Shown: positions 7,304-14,602 of the stretch, piece by piece
Position numbering within the stretch: position 1 is the first letter of the stretch
Layout of the letters: each line of letters begins with the position of its first letter
DNA from: a virus
IMG/VR virus record: IMGVR_UViG_3300010400_000020
Coordinates: 1-37,490 of that record
Length of the DNA: 37,490 nt
Reading direction: 5' to 3' (one strand)
Notes under the pieces: generated by a model
Database searches by the model: none
Told to the model about the DNA's origin: nothing
What the model saw: the letters and a program-made list of their open reading frames with translations, nothing else
Program-made: the position numbers and the translations under genes

Positions 7304-8212
7304 TTATCCTCCCTCTCTTTCGTGAAGAGAAATAACTTTTCTTTGAAACTCTTCTGGATTTAAATTATAAGGCAATTCTTCCTCATACCCATTATGCATA
7401 GTAATTTTGGCGTATCTTTCTAAAATCACAATTCCTGACCAAGAATTGGTTTCAAGAAATTTTTCAAGGAATTCTTTGTTTGCCTCAGACTTTTCATTGG
7501 GAACAACTACGCCTTTGTACAACATTCTGTTGATATAACCACCCAAATTCGTTTTGCACTTTTTCTTAGCATATTCGATTACCTCAAACAAACGATCTAC
7601 GCTGTAGGTTTTTGACCACAAACATAGGATTCTATCCTCACTGTTTATATTTTGATCCTTGAGCCATTCGTAGATTATTTCCTGATCTGGAGTCAACCTC
7701 CAACGCTTAGCCGGAGAAACATTATCTTTTTGCTTACCCTCTGTCGATAAGGGCAATATCTTTTTCAATGGTCGTATATTGTCCTTATCAATATCTGAGT
7801 AAGATAATGTGTTAGATAATGTAAGATTGGCCCGTTTGGGCCGCTCGATTGGCCCGTTTGGTCCGACGTAAGAATTTTTTGAAAACCCAAATTCTTCTTC
7901 ATTTGCGAAAGCATAAAAATTCTTCTTGTTCCATGAATGAGCCCCTTCTGTCCTTTTTATTAATATTCCTTTTTTTACTAGATTATCTAGCCTAGTTCGG
8001 ACTTCTTTTTCACTCCAAAATGCAAATTGCATGGCAAGCTCTCTTCGACTGCAGTAATTCCATGTACGGTCTTGATAGCAATTTCTATTCATTCGCTTGT
8101 GTTGTGAAATCATGTTCAATAGAAATTGGATAATAATTGATTCATCCAATCCATACTTCACAGCTAGAGAGAAATTTACGACGAGGGTTTCTAAAGATGA
8201 AGATTGATCCAT
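7304..8212 (-). CDS. Replication initiator / replisome organiser (N-terminal winged-helix, C-terminal DnaD/DnaB_2-like motif)
   Basis: 302 aa with GGGAGA SD upstream. The N-terminus (RRELAMQFAFWSEKEVRTRLDNLVKKGILIKR) looks like a wHTH. C-terminal NLGGYINRMLYKG resembles the YIxxIL motif of DnaD-like domains. Contains internal GC-rich direct repeats. Confidence 0.5.
   Translation of the reverse strand: MDQSSSLETLVVNFSLAVKYGLDESIIIQFLLNMISQHKRMNRNCYQDRTWNYCSRRELAMQFAFWSEKEVRTRLDNLVKKGILIKRTEGAHSWNKKNFYAFANEEEFGFSKNSYVGPNGPIERPKRANLTLSNTLSYSDIDKDNIRPLKKILPLSTEGKQKDNVSPAKRWRLTPDQEIIYEWLKDQNINSEDRILCLWSKTYSVDRLFEVIEYAKKKCKTNLGGYINRMLYKGVVVPNEKSEANKEFLEKFLETNSWSGIVILERYAKITMHNGYEEELPYNLNPEEFQRKVISLHEREGG
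7826..7865. repeat. Two 18-bp direct repeats (ATTGGCCCGTTTGG[G/T]CCG), 22 bp apart, inside rep; candidate ori iterons
   Basis: Read directly at 7826..7843 and 7848..7865 (17/18 identical). Strongly GC-rich relative to the surroundings. They encode the linker GPNGPIERPKRAN. Confidence 0.45.
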
Positions 8213-8239
8213 AATTTTTCTCCCTTTTTATTTTTTCTG

Positions 8240-8269
8240 TTGCAAGAAAATCAACAAGGGATTTATATT
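8240..8269 (+). promoter_or_regulatory. Candidate sigma70-like plus-strand promoter (TTGCAA-18 nt-TATATT)
   Basis: Hexamers read directly. Points away from rep into a region with no listed plus-strand ORF. Confidence 0.3.
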
Positions 8270-8281
8270 ATGGTCACAATT

Positions 8282-8304
8282 TTGTTATGTTATGAAGATA
8301 ACAA
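8282..8304. promoter_or_regulatory. Operator-like inverted repeat TTGTTAT-gttatgaag-ATAACAA (box 1)
   Basis: Shares TGTTATGTTA...AAGA[T/C]ATAAC[A/G]AAA with the box at 8944..8962. The two boxes flank the Cro/CI-like gene region. Confidence 0.45.
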
Positions 8305-8394
8305 AACTTTGGCATAAAAATGAAAGATTGTTTTGAGGTCAAGCTTTCATTTATGGTTACCACAACTTTTTTCGCAAGTTGGTTTTCTATCAGA

Positions 8395-8427
8395 GGGCTC
8401 GGTTTCTTAACCGGGCCCTTACTTTTT
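8395..8427 (+). terminator. Plus-strand intrinsic terminator-like hairpin
   Basis: GGGCTCGG-tttcttaa-CCGGGCCC (8 bp, one G-U) followed by TTACTTTTT. Confidence 0.5.
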
Positions 8428-8564
8428 CAAAGTTTCAGTCTAAAGTAAACATATAAGTCATTATTTTCAACGAAATTCAAATTTTCCTTCCAACTTTCTG
8501 GACTTCAATGCTATGCTCTCTGTCGTCATAAGCAATATTGTCCTTTTGTGTGGATTCAATATGG

Positions 8565-8593
8565 GTGCCCTCTGAAAGGAGGGCACTTTTTTT
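8565..8593. terminator. Strong intrinsic terminator (plus strand), abutting the stop of the minus-strand regulator gene
   Basis: GTGCCCTC-tgaaag-GAGGGCAC followed by seven T. The T-run overlaps the TAA of ORF 8592..8858. Confidence 0.7.
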
Positions 8594-8858
8594 AACTACT
8601 CGATTTCTTTTTTCTTTTTTCTAACCAAATAGACATTTTTTTTTCAAAGCTAAACCTTACTAAGGATTCTGCTGAAATTACTCCATTTGTAGCTTCTTCA
8701 AGAATTTCTGCAGTCTTGTGTTTTGGAATAGTTTTTCCATTGCAGAAATTTCCAATCATGGAAGCATTCATTCCACATTTCTGAGCAAATGCTTGATATG
8801 TAATTTGGTTAAAGTATAAATAGTCTTTAAGGGTTGTTATCTTTTTTGTAATTTGCAT
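8592..8858 (-). CDS. Cro/CI (XRE)-type helix-turn-helix transcriptional regulator
   Basis: 88 aa. ITYQAFAQKCGMNASMIGNFCNGKTIP fits the HTH_XRE/Cro-like pattern. Sits at the divergent junction of the leftward and rightward blocks. Confidence 0.7.
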   Translation of the reverse strand: MQITKKITTLKDYLYFNQITYQAFAQKCGMNASMIGNFCNGKTIPKHKTAEILEEATNGVISAESLVRFSFEKKMSIWLEKRKKKSSS

Positions 8859-8943
8859 CGTTATACCTACGTTGCGATATTATGCATGAAGTGGCAATTT
8901 TGAAAAAAGGAAAAAAAACGATTGTATTTAAATATGCAGTTCT

Positions 8944-8962
8944 GTTATGTTAAAGACATAAC
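8944..8962. promoter_or_regulatory. Operator-like inverted repeat GTTATGT-taaag-ACATAAC (box 2), overlapping a possible extended -10 (TGtTATGTT)
   Basis: Read directly, 56 bp upstream of ORF 9018. Related to box 1 at 8282..8304. Confidence 0.45.
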
Positions 8963-9017
8963 GAAAGTTAAACGGTAACGTAAAGACAATTGTTTACACA
9001 CACAAAAAAGGAAATAT

Positions 9018-9488
9018 ATGGCTTCATTACAACACTTTCAATCTCAATGGGATAACTTAGACCCATCAGACTTCGATAACAATTACTCAGAATCTCTTGA
9101 TGAAGAAGTGAAAGATCCTGAGATTGCCGTTAAAAATTTAAAGAATGTTCTATTCGAAGAAGGCGGTTATATCGACGAGGGAAAGCTATGGGAGTCCATA
9201 AGATGTTTATCAGATTACGTAGGATCTCCTATTAAGGGTAACTGTCCAAAAACTGGCGTTACCGTAGTAAAAACAGAAACATTGAATAATGCATATCAAA
9301 TGATGGAGCGGTCAAAAAAAGAGGTTAGAGATTCTGTAGAAAGACATTTGATCACTATAAAAGAAGCTCTTTACGGGTCAGAGAAGGTAAATGAGTACTC
9401 AGTGAATATGGCCATAAAAAATTTAGAGTACATGTTTTATGGATACCCTATAGAATCTAAAAAAATTACTATAACAAGAAAAGGATAA
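9018..9488 (+). CDS. Hypothetical protein (first gene of the rightward block)
   Basis: 156-aa ORF with AAGGAA upstream. Acidic N-terminus. No motif recognised. Confidence 0.6.
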   Translation: MASLQHFQSQWDNLDPSDFDNNYSESLDEEVKDPEIAVKNLKNVLFEEGGYIDEGKLWESIRCLSDYVGSPIKGNCPKTGVTVVKTETLNNAYQMMERSKKEVRDSVERHLITIKEALYGSEKVNEYSVNMAIKNLEYMFYGYPIESKKITITRKG

Positions 9489-9492
9489 GTTT

Positions 9493-10314
9493 ATGACAGT
9501 AGTATTAAGAGAAGAACAAAATTTCGATCTGATTTTGCAGGATGTAGAGACCATGCAAAAGATGTGTTCTACACTGATGAAAACAAAACACTATCAAAGA
9601 ATGGGTGAAGAAGGAGTTTTTGCAGTTATTCAGAAAGCAAAATCTATAGGAATGCACCCATTAGAAGCTTTAAATGGCGGCTTATATATCGTAAGCGGCA
9701 AAGTTGGAATGTCTGCGGAGAGTATGGCTGCTTTAATTAGAATGAAAGGCCATAGCGTTGTGCAGGATGAACGATCGAATGATAAAGTTTGCATCCTCAA
9801 AGGAAAAAGAGCCGACAATGGTGATACATGGAGGGTTTCATTCGGGATAGAAGATGCTAGACGAGCAGGTCTTTTGAAGAATCCGTCTTATGAAAAGTAT
9901 CCTTCGATCATGTTGTACAATAGGGCTATGTCAATTTTAGCCCGTCAATTGTTTCCAGACGTCATCAAAGGAGCTGGTTATACCATGGACGAGCTCAAAG
10001 AGATCTCTGAAAGCAAGCAAATTCCCTTAAAACAAGAAGTTGTTAAGCCTGAATCTATGGAATATGCCCAATTTGAAGAAGTTGATGCAAAGATATCAGA
10101 AGAACAGTATTTGACGCTTCGTGATTATTTTGATGGTTGTAGCTCTGAAAACCAGGAGAAGTTCAACGAATGGATGTTGAAGACTCTAAATATAACCTCA
10201 GTAGCTTTATTGAATTCTAAAGACTACGAAAGGGTTGAGAGAATCTTGAAAACTAAATCTGAGGAAAACCAAAAGTCTTCCCCAGTTCAGGAGTTACAAC
10301 ATGCAACAGCCTAA
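9493..10314 (+). CDS. recT: RecT-family single-strand annealing recombinase
   Basis: 273 aa. Segment MSAESMAALIRMKGH...WRVSFGIEDARRAGLL...YPSIMLYNRAMSILARQLFPDVIKG matches the RecT core as I recall it. Followed by the YqaJ exonuclease partner. Confidence 0.75.
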   Translation: MTVVLREEQNFDLILQDVETMQKMCSTLMKTKHYQRMGEEGVFAVIQKAKSIGMHPLEALNGGLYIVSGKVGMSAESMAALIRMKGHSVVQDERSNDKVCILKGKRADNGDTWRVSFGIEDARRAGLLKNPSYEKYPSIMLYNRAMSILARQLFPDVIKGAGYTMDELKEISESKQIPLKQEVVKPESMEYAQFEEVDAKISEEQYLTLRDYFDGCSSENQEKFNEWMLKTLNITSVALLNSKDYERVERILKTKSEENQKSSPVQELQHATA

Positions 10315-11152
10315 CTTAAGACAAAGAAGTCCTGAGTGGCACGAGTTTAGACAAAAACATATAGGTGGTAGCGATGCTATCACCTGTATGGGTGATTATA
10401 GATATGCCACTCCCTATCAACTTTATCTAGAGAAATTGGGGCTATCTTCACCTAGGAGGATAACTTCTGCTATGCAGAATGGTATCGATAACGAAGAGCC
10501 TGCTAGACGAGCATTTGAGAATCTCATGGGAATCTCTGTCTTTCCAGTTGTCCGGAAATCCCGGACAGTTGACTTTATGATGTCTAGTCTAGATGGTTTA
10601 GATATGGATGAAAAGATAGCTGTGGAGATAAAGTGCCCTTCAGATATGACCTATCATCAAATGGCTCTGGATGGAAAAGTCCCTGATCATCATATGCCTC
10701 AATTACAGCATCAAATTTCTGTTTTAGGTCTTGATGGTATTTACTTTTTTAGTTATACTGCTACGTCAAGCGCCGTTGTAGAAGTTAAAAGAGACGAAAA
10801 CTACATCAGGAATTTGATTGAGAAAGAGAGGATTTTTTGGGAGTACGTTACCAAAGAAGAAGCTCCCCCACTCACAGATAAAGACTATGTTTATTGTGAA
10901 TCAAATGAGTGGAAGGAATTGACTGAAGAATGGAAGAGGCTTAGCGATCTGGAAGAAAGAAAGGAGATTGTTAGGAAACAACTCATTGCCATTGCGGGAG
11001 ATAAAAATGCGAAAGGGAATGGGTGTACTTTAACTAAAGTATATAGAAAAGGAAATATTCCCTATTCCAAGATCCCAGAAGTGAAAAAATTAGATTTGGA
11101 AGCGCATAGAGGACCTCCTATTGAAAGCTGGAGGTTATCTATAAATGCTTAA
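10301..11152 (+). CDS. YqaJ/lambda-exonuclease-like PD-(D/E)XK recombination exonuclease
   Basis: 283 aa. RSPEWHEFRQKHIGGSDA N-terminus and LDGLDMDEKIAVEIKCP (D...E-x-K). Overlaps recT by 14 nt. Confidence 0.8.
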   Translation: MQQPNLRQRSPEWHEFRQKHIGGSDAITCMGDYRYATPYQLYLEKLGLSSPRRITSAMQNGIDNEEPARRAFENLMGISVFPVVRKSRTVDFMMSSLDGLDMDEKIAVEIKCPSDMTYHQMALDGKVPDHHMPQLQHQISVLGLDGIYFFSYTATSSAVVEVKRDENYIRNLIEKERIFWEYVTKEEAPPLTDKDYVYCESNEWKELTEEWKRLSDLEERKEIVRKQLIAIAGDKNAKGNGCTLTKVYRKGNIPYSKIPEVKKLDLEAHRGPPIESWRLSINA

Positions 11153-11179
11153 ATAATATGTCATAAATGAGGATAACAT

Positions 11180-11419
11180 ATGTCAATAGCAACTCAGCTA
11201 GATTTTTTTGAAAATTTGGATGAATACAATTTTTTAAGAAAAATGGTTTTAGAAGATAGGGAAACTGTGCATAAAACAAGGAAAAAGCTATTTGCAATGC
11301 AATCCGAATTAAAATCAAAAGTAGACACGGAGCTATTGATTTTTAGAGCCGAGCTTGAGCAATTGAAAAGTCAATTAAATAGGAAGGCAGAGATATTGTC
11401 CTTCTGCATAGAAAAATAA
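11180..11419 (+). CDS. Hypothetical coiled-coil protein
   Basis: 79-aa ORF with GAGGA SD upstream. Confidence 0.55.
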   Translation: MSIATQLDFFENLDEYNFLRKMVLEDRETVHKTRKKLFAMQSELKSKVDTELLIFRAELEQLKSQLNRKAEILSFCIEK

Positions 11420-11435
11420 TATATAAATACATTAC

Positions 11436-11467
11436 AGACCATTTTGGTGATATCGCCAAAATGGTCT
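11436..11467. promoter_or_regulatory. 32-bp near-perfect palindrome/hairpin AGACCATTTTGG-tgatatcg-CCAAAATGGTCT
   Basis: 12-bp arms read directly. Lies between ORF 11180..11419 and ORF 11481. No clear U-tract, so it may be a terminator or a protein-binding site. Confidence 0.45.
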
Positions 11468-11480
11468 TAATAGGAGAGTT

Positions 11481-11735
11481 ATGAAACAAGAAAACGAAAC
11501 GAATTACCTTGGAAAATACGGACAAACAATAGCAATCATATGCACCATTTTATCTACGGTTTGTGGATCTTTGATATGGATGAATGGAAAATTTAATGAC
11601 ATTGACGCAAAATTTGCAATTGTTGATAAGGAAATGGAAATTCGATTTGCAAATATGGAAAAAGATATGGCCATAATCAAAACAGTACTCTTAATGAAGA
11701 AAATATTACCTTCAGAACTGGCTAAAGACCAGTAA
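11481..11735 (+). CDS. Small bitopic membrane protein, paralog B (TM plus coiled coil)
   Basis: 84 aa with AGGAG SD upstream. TM segment TIAIICTILSTVCGSLIW, then a coiled-coil-like tail. Same architecture as ORFs 4733, 20589 and 20892. Confidence 0.6.
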   Translation: MKQENETNYLGKYGQTIAIICTILSTVCGSLIWMNGKFNDIDAKFAIVDKEMEIRFANMEKDMAIIKTVLLMKKILPSELAKDQ

Positions 11736-11854
11736 TGCAATTACTTTACTTGTTATGTACATTTTTCATAATATATCTTCTTATTTCAATACTATGGGAG
11801 TTGAGTGAGATACGATGTTCCATTGAGAAATCAAAAGATCAAGAAAAAAAGTAA
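11735..11854 (+). CDS. Candidate 39-codon hydrophobic micro-ORF overlapping the previous stop (TAATG)
   Basis: MQLLYLLCTFFIIYLLISILWELSEIRCSIEKSKDQEKK, below the track cutoff. Its start overlaps the stop of ORF 11481..11735. Confidence 0.35.
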   Translation: MQLLYLLCTFFIIYLLISILWELSEIRCSIEKSKDQEKK

Positions 11855-11892
11855 ATATTGACCTTTTTTTACTTTTCCTTAAACTCACATGG

Positions 11893-12090
11893 ATGCAAGA
11901 AAACATACAACACGACCACAATTTTTGCTGCCAATGTAAAAGAGAAAGGCATATAAAATACTTCTACAAGGGAAAATCTTCCCCCTGTAAAGAATGCCAT
12001 ATACTAATCGTAAAGAGATGGCAGAAAAGAAATCCCGACAAAGTAGCTGAATACAAAGAACGTCAATTAGAGAAGTTGAGGAAGAAATGA
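11893..12090 (+). CDS. Small zinc-finger protein
   Basis: 65 aa. CCQC...CKEC cysteine pairs and a basic C-terminus. ATGA overlap with the downstream nuclease gene. Confidence 0.5.
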   Translation: MQENIQHDHNFCCQCKRERHIKYFYKGKSSPCKECHILIVKRWQKRNPDKVAEYKERQLEKLRKK

Positions 12091-12521
12091 CTTCTCAAGA
12101 CTGGCGTGAAATAGGCGGAAAGAAATGCTTCTTTCGAAGCTGTTGGGAGGCCAATTATGCGCGATATCTTGAATTTCTAAAACAACACAAAAAGATCTTA
12201 GACTGGGAACACGAACCGAAAACATTCTGGTTCGATGGAATAAAACGCGGATGCGTAAGCTACAAGCCGGATTTTCAAGTATTTGATCTAGATGGGACTT
12301 GGGTTTGGCATGAGGTAAAAGGATATTACGATGCAAAAAGTATAACAAAACACAAAAGATTTGCTAAATATTTCCCTGATGAAAAATTAATTGTAATAGA
12401 TAAAAAGTGGTTTTCACGCAATAACAAGCAGCTTTCTGGACTTATTCCAGGATGGGAAAAAGGTTCTAGTCGACAAAATATATACAAACAAAGTAAAAAA
12501 ATATTTATATGTCAGAAATAG
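12087..12521 (+). CDS. PD-(D/E)XK nuclease, TnsA-N/Hjc/DUF1064-like (possible Holliday-junction resolvase)
   Basis: 144 aa. SCWEANYARYLE...YKPDFQV...WHEVKG gives the E...D...E-x-K arrangement seen in TnsA N-terminal-type endonucleases. Confidence 0.6.
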   Translation: MTSQDWREIGGKKCFFRSCWEANYARYLEFLKQHKKILDWEHEPKTFWFDGIKRGCVSYKPDFQVFDLDGTWVWHEVKGYYDAKSITKHKRFAKYFPDEKLIVIDKKWFSRNNKQLSGLIPGWEKGSSRQNIYKQSKKIFICQK

Positions 12522-12814
12522 AAAATTTGCAAAAAGAAGCAATGAAAATATTAGATGCTGTAAATGTGAAAGAGATCTTAGACATATCTAGTGATCTTTT
12601 TCTAGTTGCAGAGTGGATTGAATCTTCGGAAAAGGGTTTGCCTGACGAAGTATTCAACGAAATAAAATTGGAAACAGCTTTTATTTTGAGCCTATTTGCT
12701 GAAAAGCATTCTCCTAGCTTGAACAAAATCATAAATCAATTTCCTGATTTTTGGCTGAGAGTTCAAAATTATAGGAAGCATAAAAAAGAATATGAGGAAC
12801 TCATCGATGGATGA
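12509..12814 (+). CDS. Hypothetical acidic protein
   Basis: 101-aa ORF; overlaps the previous gene by 13 nt. Confidence 0.55.
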   Translation: MSEIENLQKEAMKILDAVNVKEILDISSDLFLVAEWIESSEKGLPDEVFNEIKLETAFILSLFAEKHSPSLNKIINQFPDFWLRVQNYRKHKKEYEELIDG

Positions 12815-13031
12815 GGAGGAAAAAATTCAAAAATATATTATTGTTTCTGCTCTCATTTCCGCTTTATTGATAGCTATTTTTTCTACTATTTTCTTGAGTT
12901 GTACAATTTCTTTTCAGAACATTTCCACGAATGGAAAGGCTGAAGATGTTGTCGACGAAAATCAGGATGCTTCTCCAAATGTTTCTCCTGACATAACTAT
13001 CCCATTAACAAAACTAAAGGAATATGTATGA
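12792..13031 (+). CDS. Small membrane protein (single TM). The start may be ATG 12807.
   Basis: TM segment YIIVSALISALLIAIFSTIFLSC. The Cys after the TM is only a weak lipobox match. Confidence 0.5.
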   Translation: MRNSSMDEEEKIQKYIIVSALISALLIAIFSTIFLSCTISFQNISTNGKAEDVVDENQDASPNVSPDITIPLTKLKEYV

Positions 13032-13207
13032 AAGAATCACCTAAAGCTAAAAAGAAAATAAAAAAAGTAATGCATGAGTTCAAAGAACACAAGCTGCATA
13101 GCGGGTCAAAAAAAGGACCTGTGGTTACCAATCCTAAACAAGGCATAGCAATTGCTTTATCCGAAGCTAGAAAAGCAGGCGCAAAGGTACCTAAGAAGAA
13201 AAAATGA
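13028..13207 (+). CDS. 59-aa basic protein with MHEFK..KLHSGSKKGP...KQGIAIALSEARKAG motif (conserved small bacterial/phage family)
   Basis: Below the track cutoff; found by hand. ATGA overlaps at both ends (13028 and 13204). The motif resembles a widespread DUF family whose number I am unsure of. Confidence 0.6.
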   Translation: MKESPKAKKKIKKVMHEFKEHKLHSGSKKGPVVTNPKQGIAIALSEARKAGAKVPKKKK

Positions 13208-13455
13208 AAGAGATACTCTACGTAACATTGCCCATATTGCTAATTATATTTTTCGTTGTGATGACTTTTTATGTCAATCAAGCAGAAAAAGAAACAATTG
13301 AACCCACACAGGAGCCAGAAATGGACAAGAAAATAAAAAAAGTAATTTCCAAAGAGAAAGCTGCGGTTAAGGAAACCAAAGAGCTTCTTAAAATGGATAA
13401 AAAGCATGACAAAAAACTTGAAAAGCTTAAAATTGTGAAGAAAAAAAAGAAATAA
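13204..13455 (+). CDS. Small membrane protein with a lysine-rich tail
   Basis: 83 aa. N-terminal TM ILYVTLPILLIIFFVVMTFYV, then a K/E-rich region. Confidence 0.55.
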   Translation: MKEILYVTLPILLIIFFVVMTFYVNQAEKETIEPTQEPEMDKKIKKVISKEKAAVKETKELLKMDKKHDKKLEKLKIVKKKKK

Positions 13456-13459
13456 CTTT

Positions 13460-13529
13460 TCGAGTCTTAAGGAATTTTTGAATGTTTAAAAAAGGTCAAT
13501 ACTCCTTTAATTGGTTCCTTGAGACTCGA
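13460..13529. repeat. Long-range inverted repeat (15-nt arms TCGAGTCTTAAGGAA / TTCCTTGAGACTCGA, 40-nt spacer)
   Basis: Arms read directly, with one mismatch. Lies between ORF 13204..13455 and ORF 13541. Confidence 0.4.
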
Positions 13530-13540
13530 TTTATAACCCT

Positions 13541-13798
13541 ATGAAAATCCTTTTTACGATACTATTATGTATCCATCTACACATTTTCTGCAATGATATT
13601 GCTGACTTCTATATAAAGTATGAACCCCTATTTGGATTGCCTCTCTATGATTTCATTCAGGGTGAAAAATTACATTCCGAATTCTTCTTGAGAACCGCAA
13701 AAGAAGAAGAAAAATATTATTGGCAGGGATATATAGATGGACTGTTATTTGTTCAGTATAAATTGATTTGCGATAAGAAATGTGGGATAGGTGGTTAA
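13541..13798 (+). CDS. Hypothetical protein with a signal-peptide-like N-terminus
   Basis: 85 aa; MKILFTILLCIHLHIFC... Last gene of the rightward block, convergent with the fibre genes. Confidence 0.5.
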   Translation: MKILFTILLCIHLHIFCNDIADFYIKYEPLFGLPLYDFIQGEKLHSEFFLRTAKEEEKYYWQGYIDGLLFVQYKLICDKKCGIGG

Positions 13799-13801
13799 CA
13801 A

Positions 13802-14602
13802 CTATCTGGAAACTGCTAAAACATATTTCAGAGTAACTATATCTACATCAACTTTTGTGTTCAAGTTCTGTGTTACAAAGGTAAGACCAATAGCAGCAGA
13901 AGGTATATTGGTAGATAGAGGGCTATTGGTTATTTCGGTCCCATTTACAAAAAAACTAACGCTTGTTCCTGCTGAATTTACGACTATTTTTAGTCTATCC
14001 CATTGATTCAACACCACAGTGTTATTTGAATTAGCAGAACTTCTAGAAGATGCGGAAGATGTTTTACCAACCCATTTCCCAGAATTCGTTCCGCTAGCAT
14101 AATTGAAATACACTCCATTAACAGGTTCAGCAACAGAACTAACTGCATTATCTGCTAATCCAATCCATATATTTCCGGTTCCTAAAGTAGAAACTCTAAC
14201 TATCATTTCTACCGTCACTTGTCCGGATCCCAGAAGCAGAATAGACGTAGAAGCCCCATTTTTTGTTACTGTATTTCCTCCAGTAGAATTTGATAATCTA
14301 ATAATTCCTGGATGGTTAGCTTCTCCACTTATAAAAATATCTGTATTATTAATTAACCAGTTAGTGTCTCCCATTTGTGTTGAATCTAAGCAGCCAAAAT
14401 CTTCAACTAAGGTATAGGTGCCAAAAGCTGTATCGGGAGGAGAACTTGTAGCTGATATGGTTGGATTCCCACCAGTTCCATCTTGATTGGTAATACTTAT
14501 TCCTGTGCCTGGAGTTAAAGTTCTTCCGTTCCAAACACCTGTTGAGGTATTTAAAGATTGAAAACCTTGCGTTTGAGCATTTACTGCATTATTTAATGCC
14601 AT
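13802..14602 (-). CDS. Tail fibre / receptor-binding protein with a C-terminal lectin (LamG/ConA-like) jelly-roll
   Basis: Track ORF is 13802..14644. The likely start is ATG 14602 (MALNNAVNAQ), a TAATG overlap with the upstream fibre gene. C-terminal pattern: IWIGLADN...GVYFNY...KWVGK...WDRLKIVVN...VSFFVNG. Confidence 0.6.
   Translation of the reverse strand: MALNNAVNAQTQGFQSLNTSTGVWNGRTLTPGTGISITNQDGTGGNPTISATSSPPDTAFGTYTLVEDFGCLDSTQMGDTNWLINNTDIFISGEANHPGIIRLSNSTGGNTVTKNGASTSILLLGSGQVTVEMIVRVSTLGTGNIWIGLADNAVSSVAEPVNGVYFNYASGTNSGKWVGKTSSASSRSSANSNNTVVLNQWDRLKIVVNSAGTSVSFFVNGTEITNSPLSTNIPSAAIGLTFVTQNLNTKVDVDIVTLKYVLAVSR

Noticed and set aside
12067-12732. Minus-strand ORFs 12067..12348 and 12505..12732 inside the rightward block.
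   Set aside because: They are antisense to well-supported plus-strand genes (the PD-(D/E)XK nuclease and the 101-aa ORF). No start context supports them.
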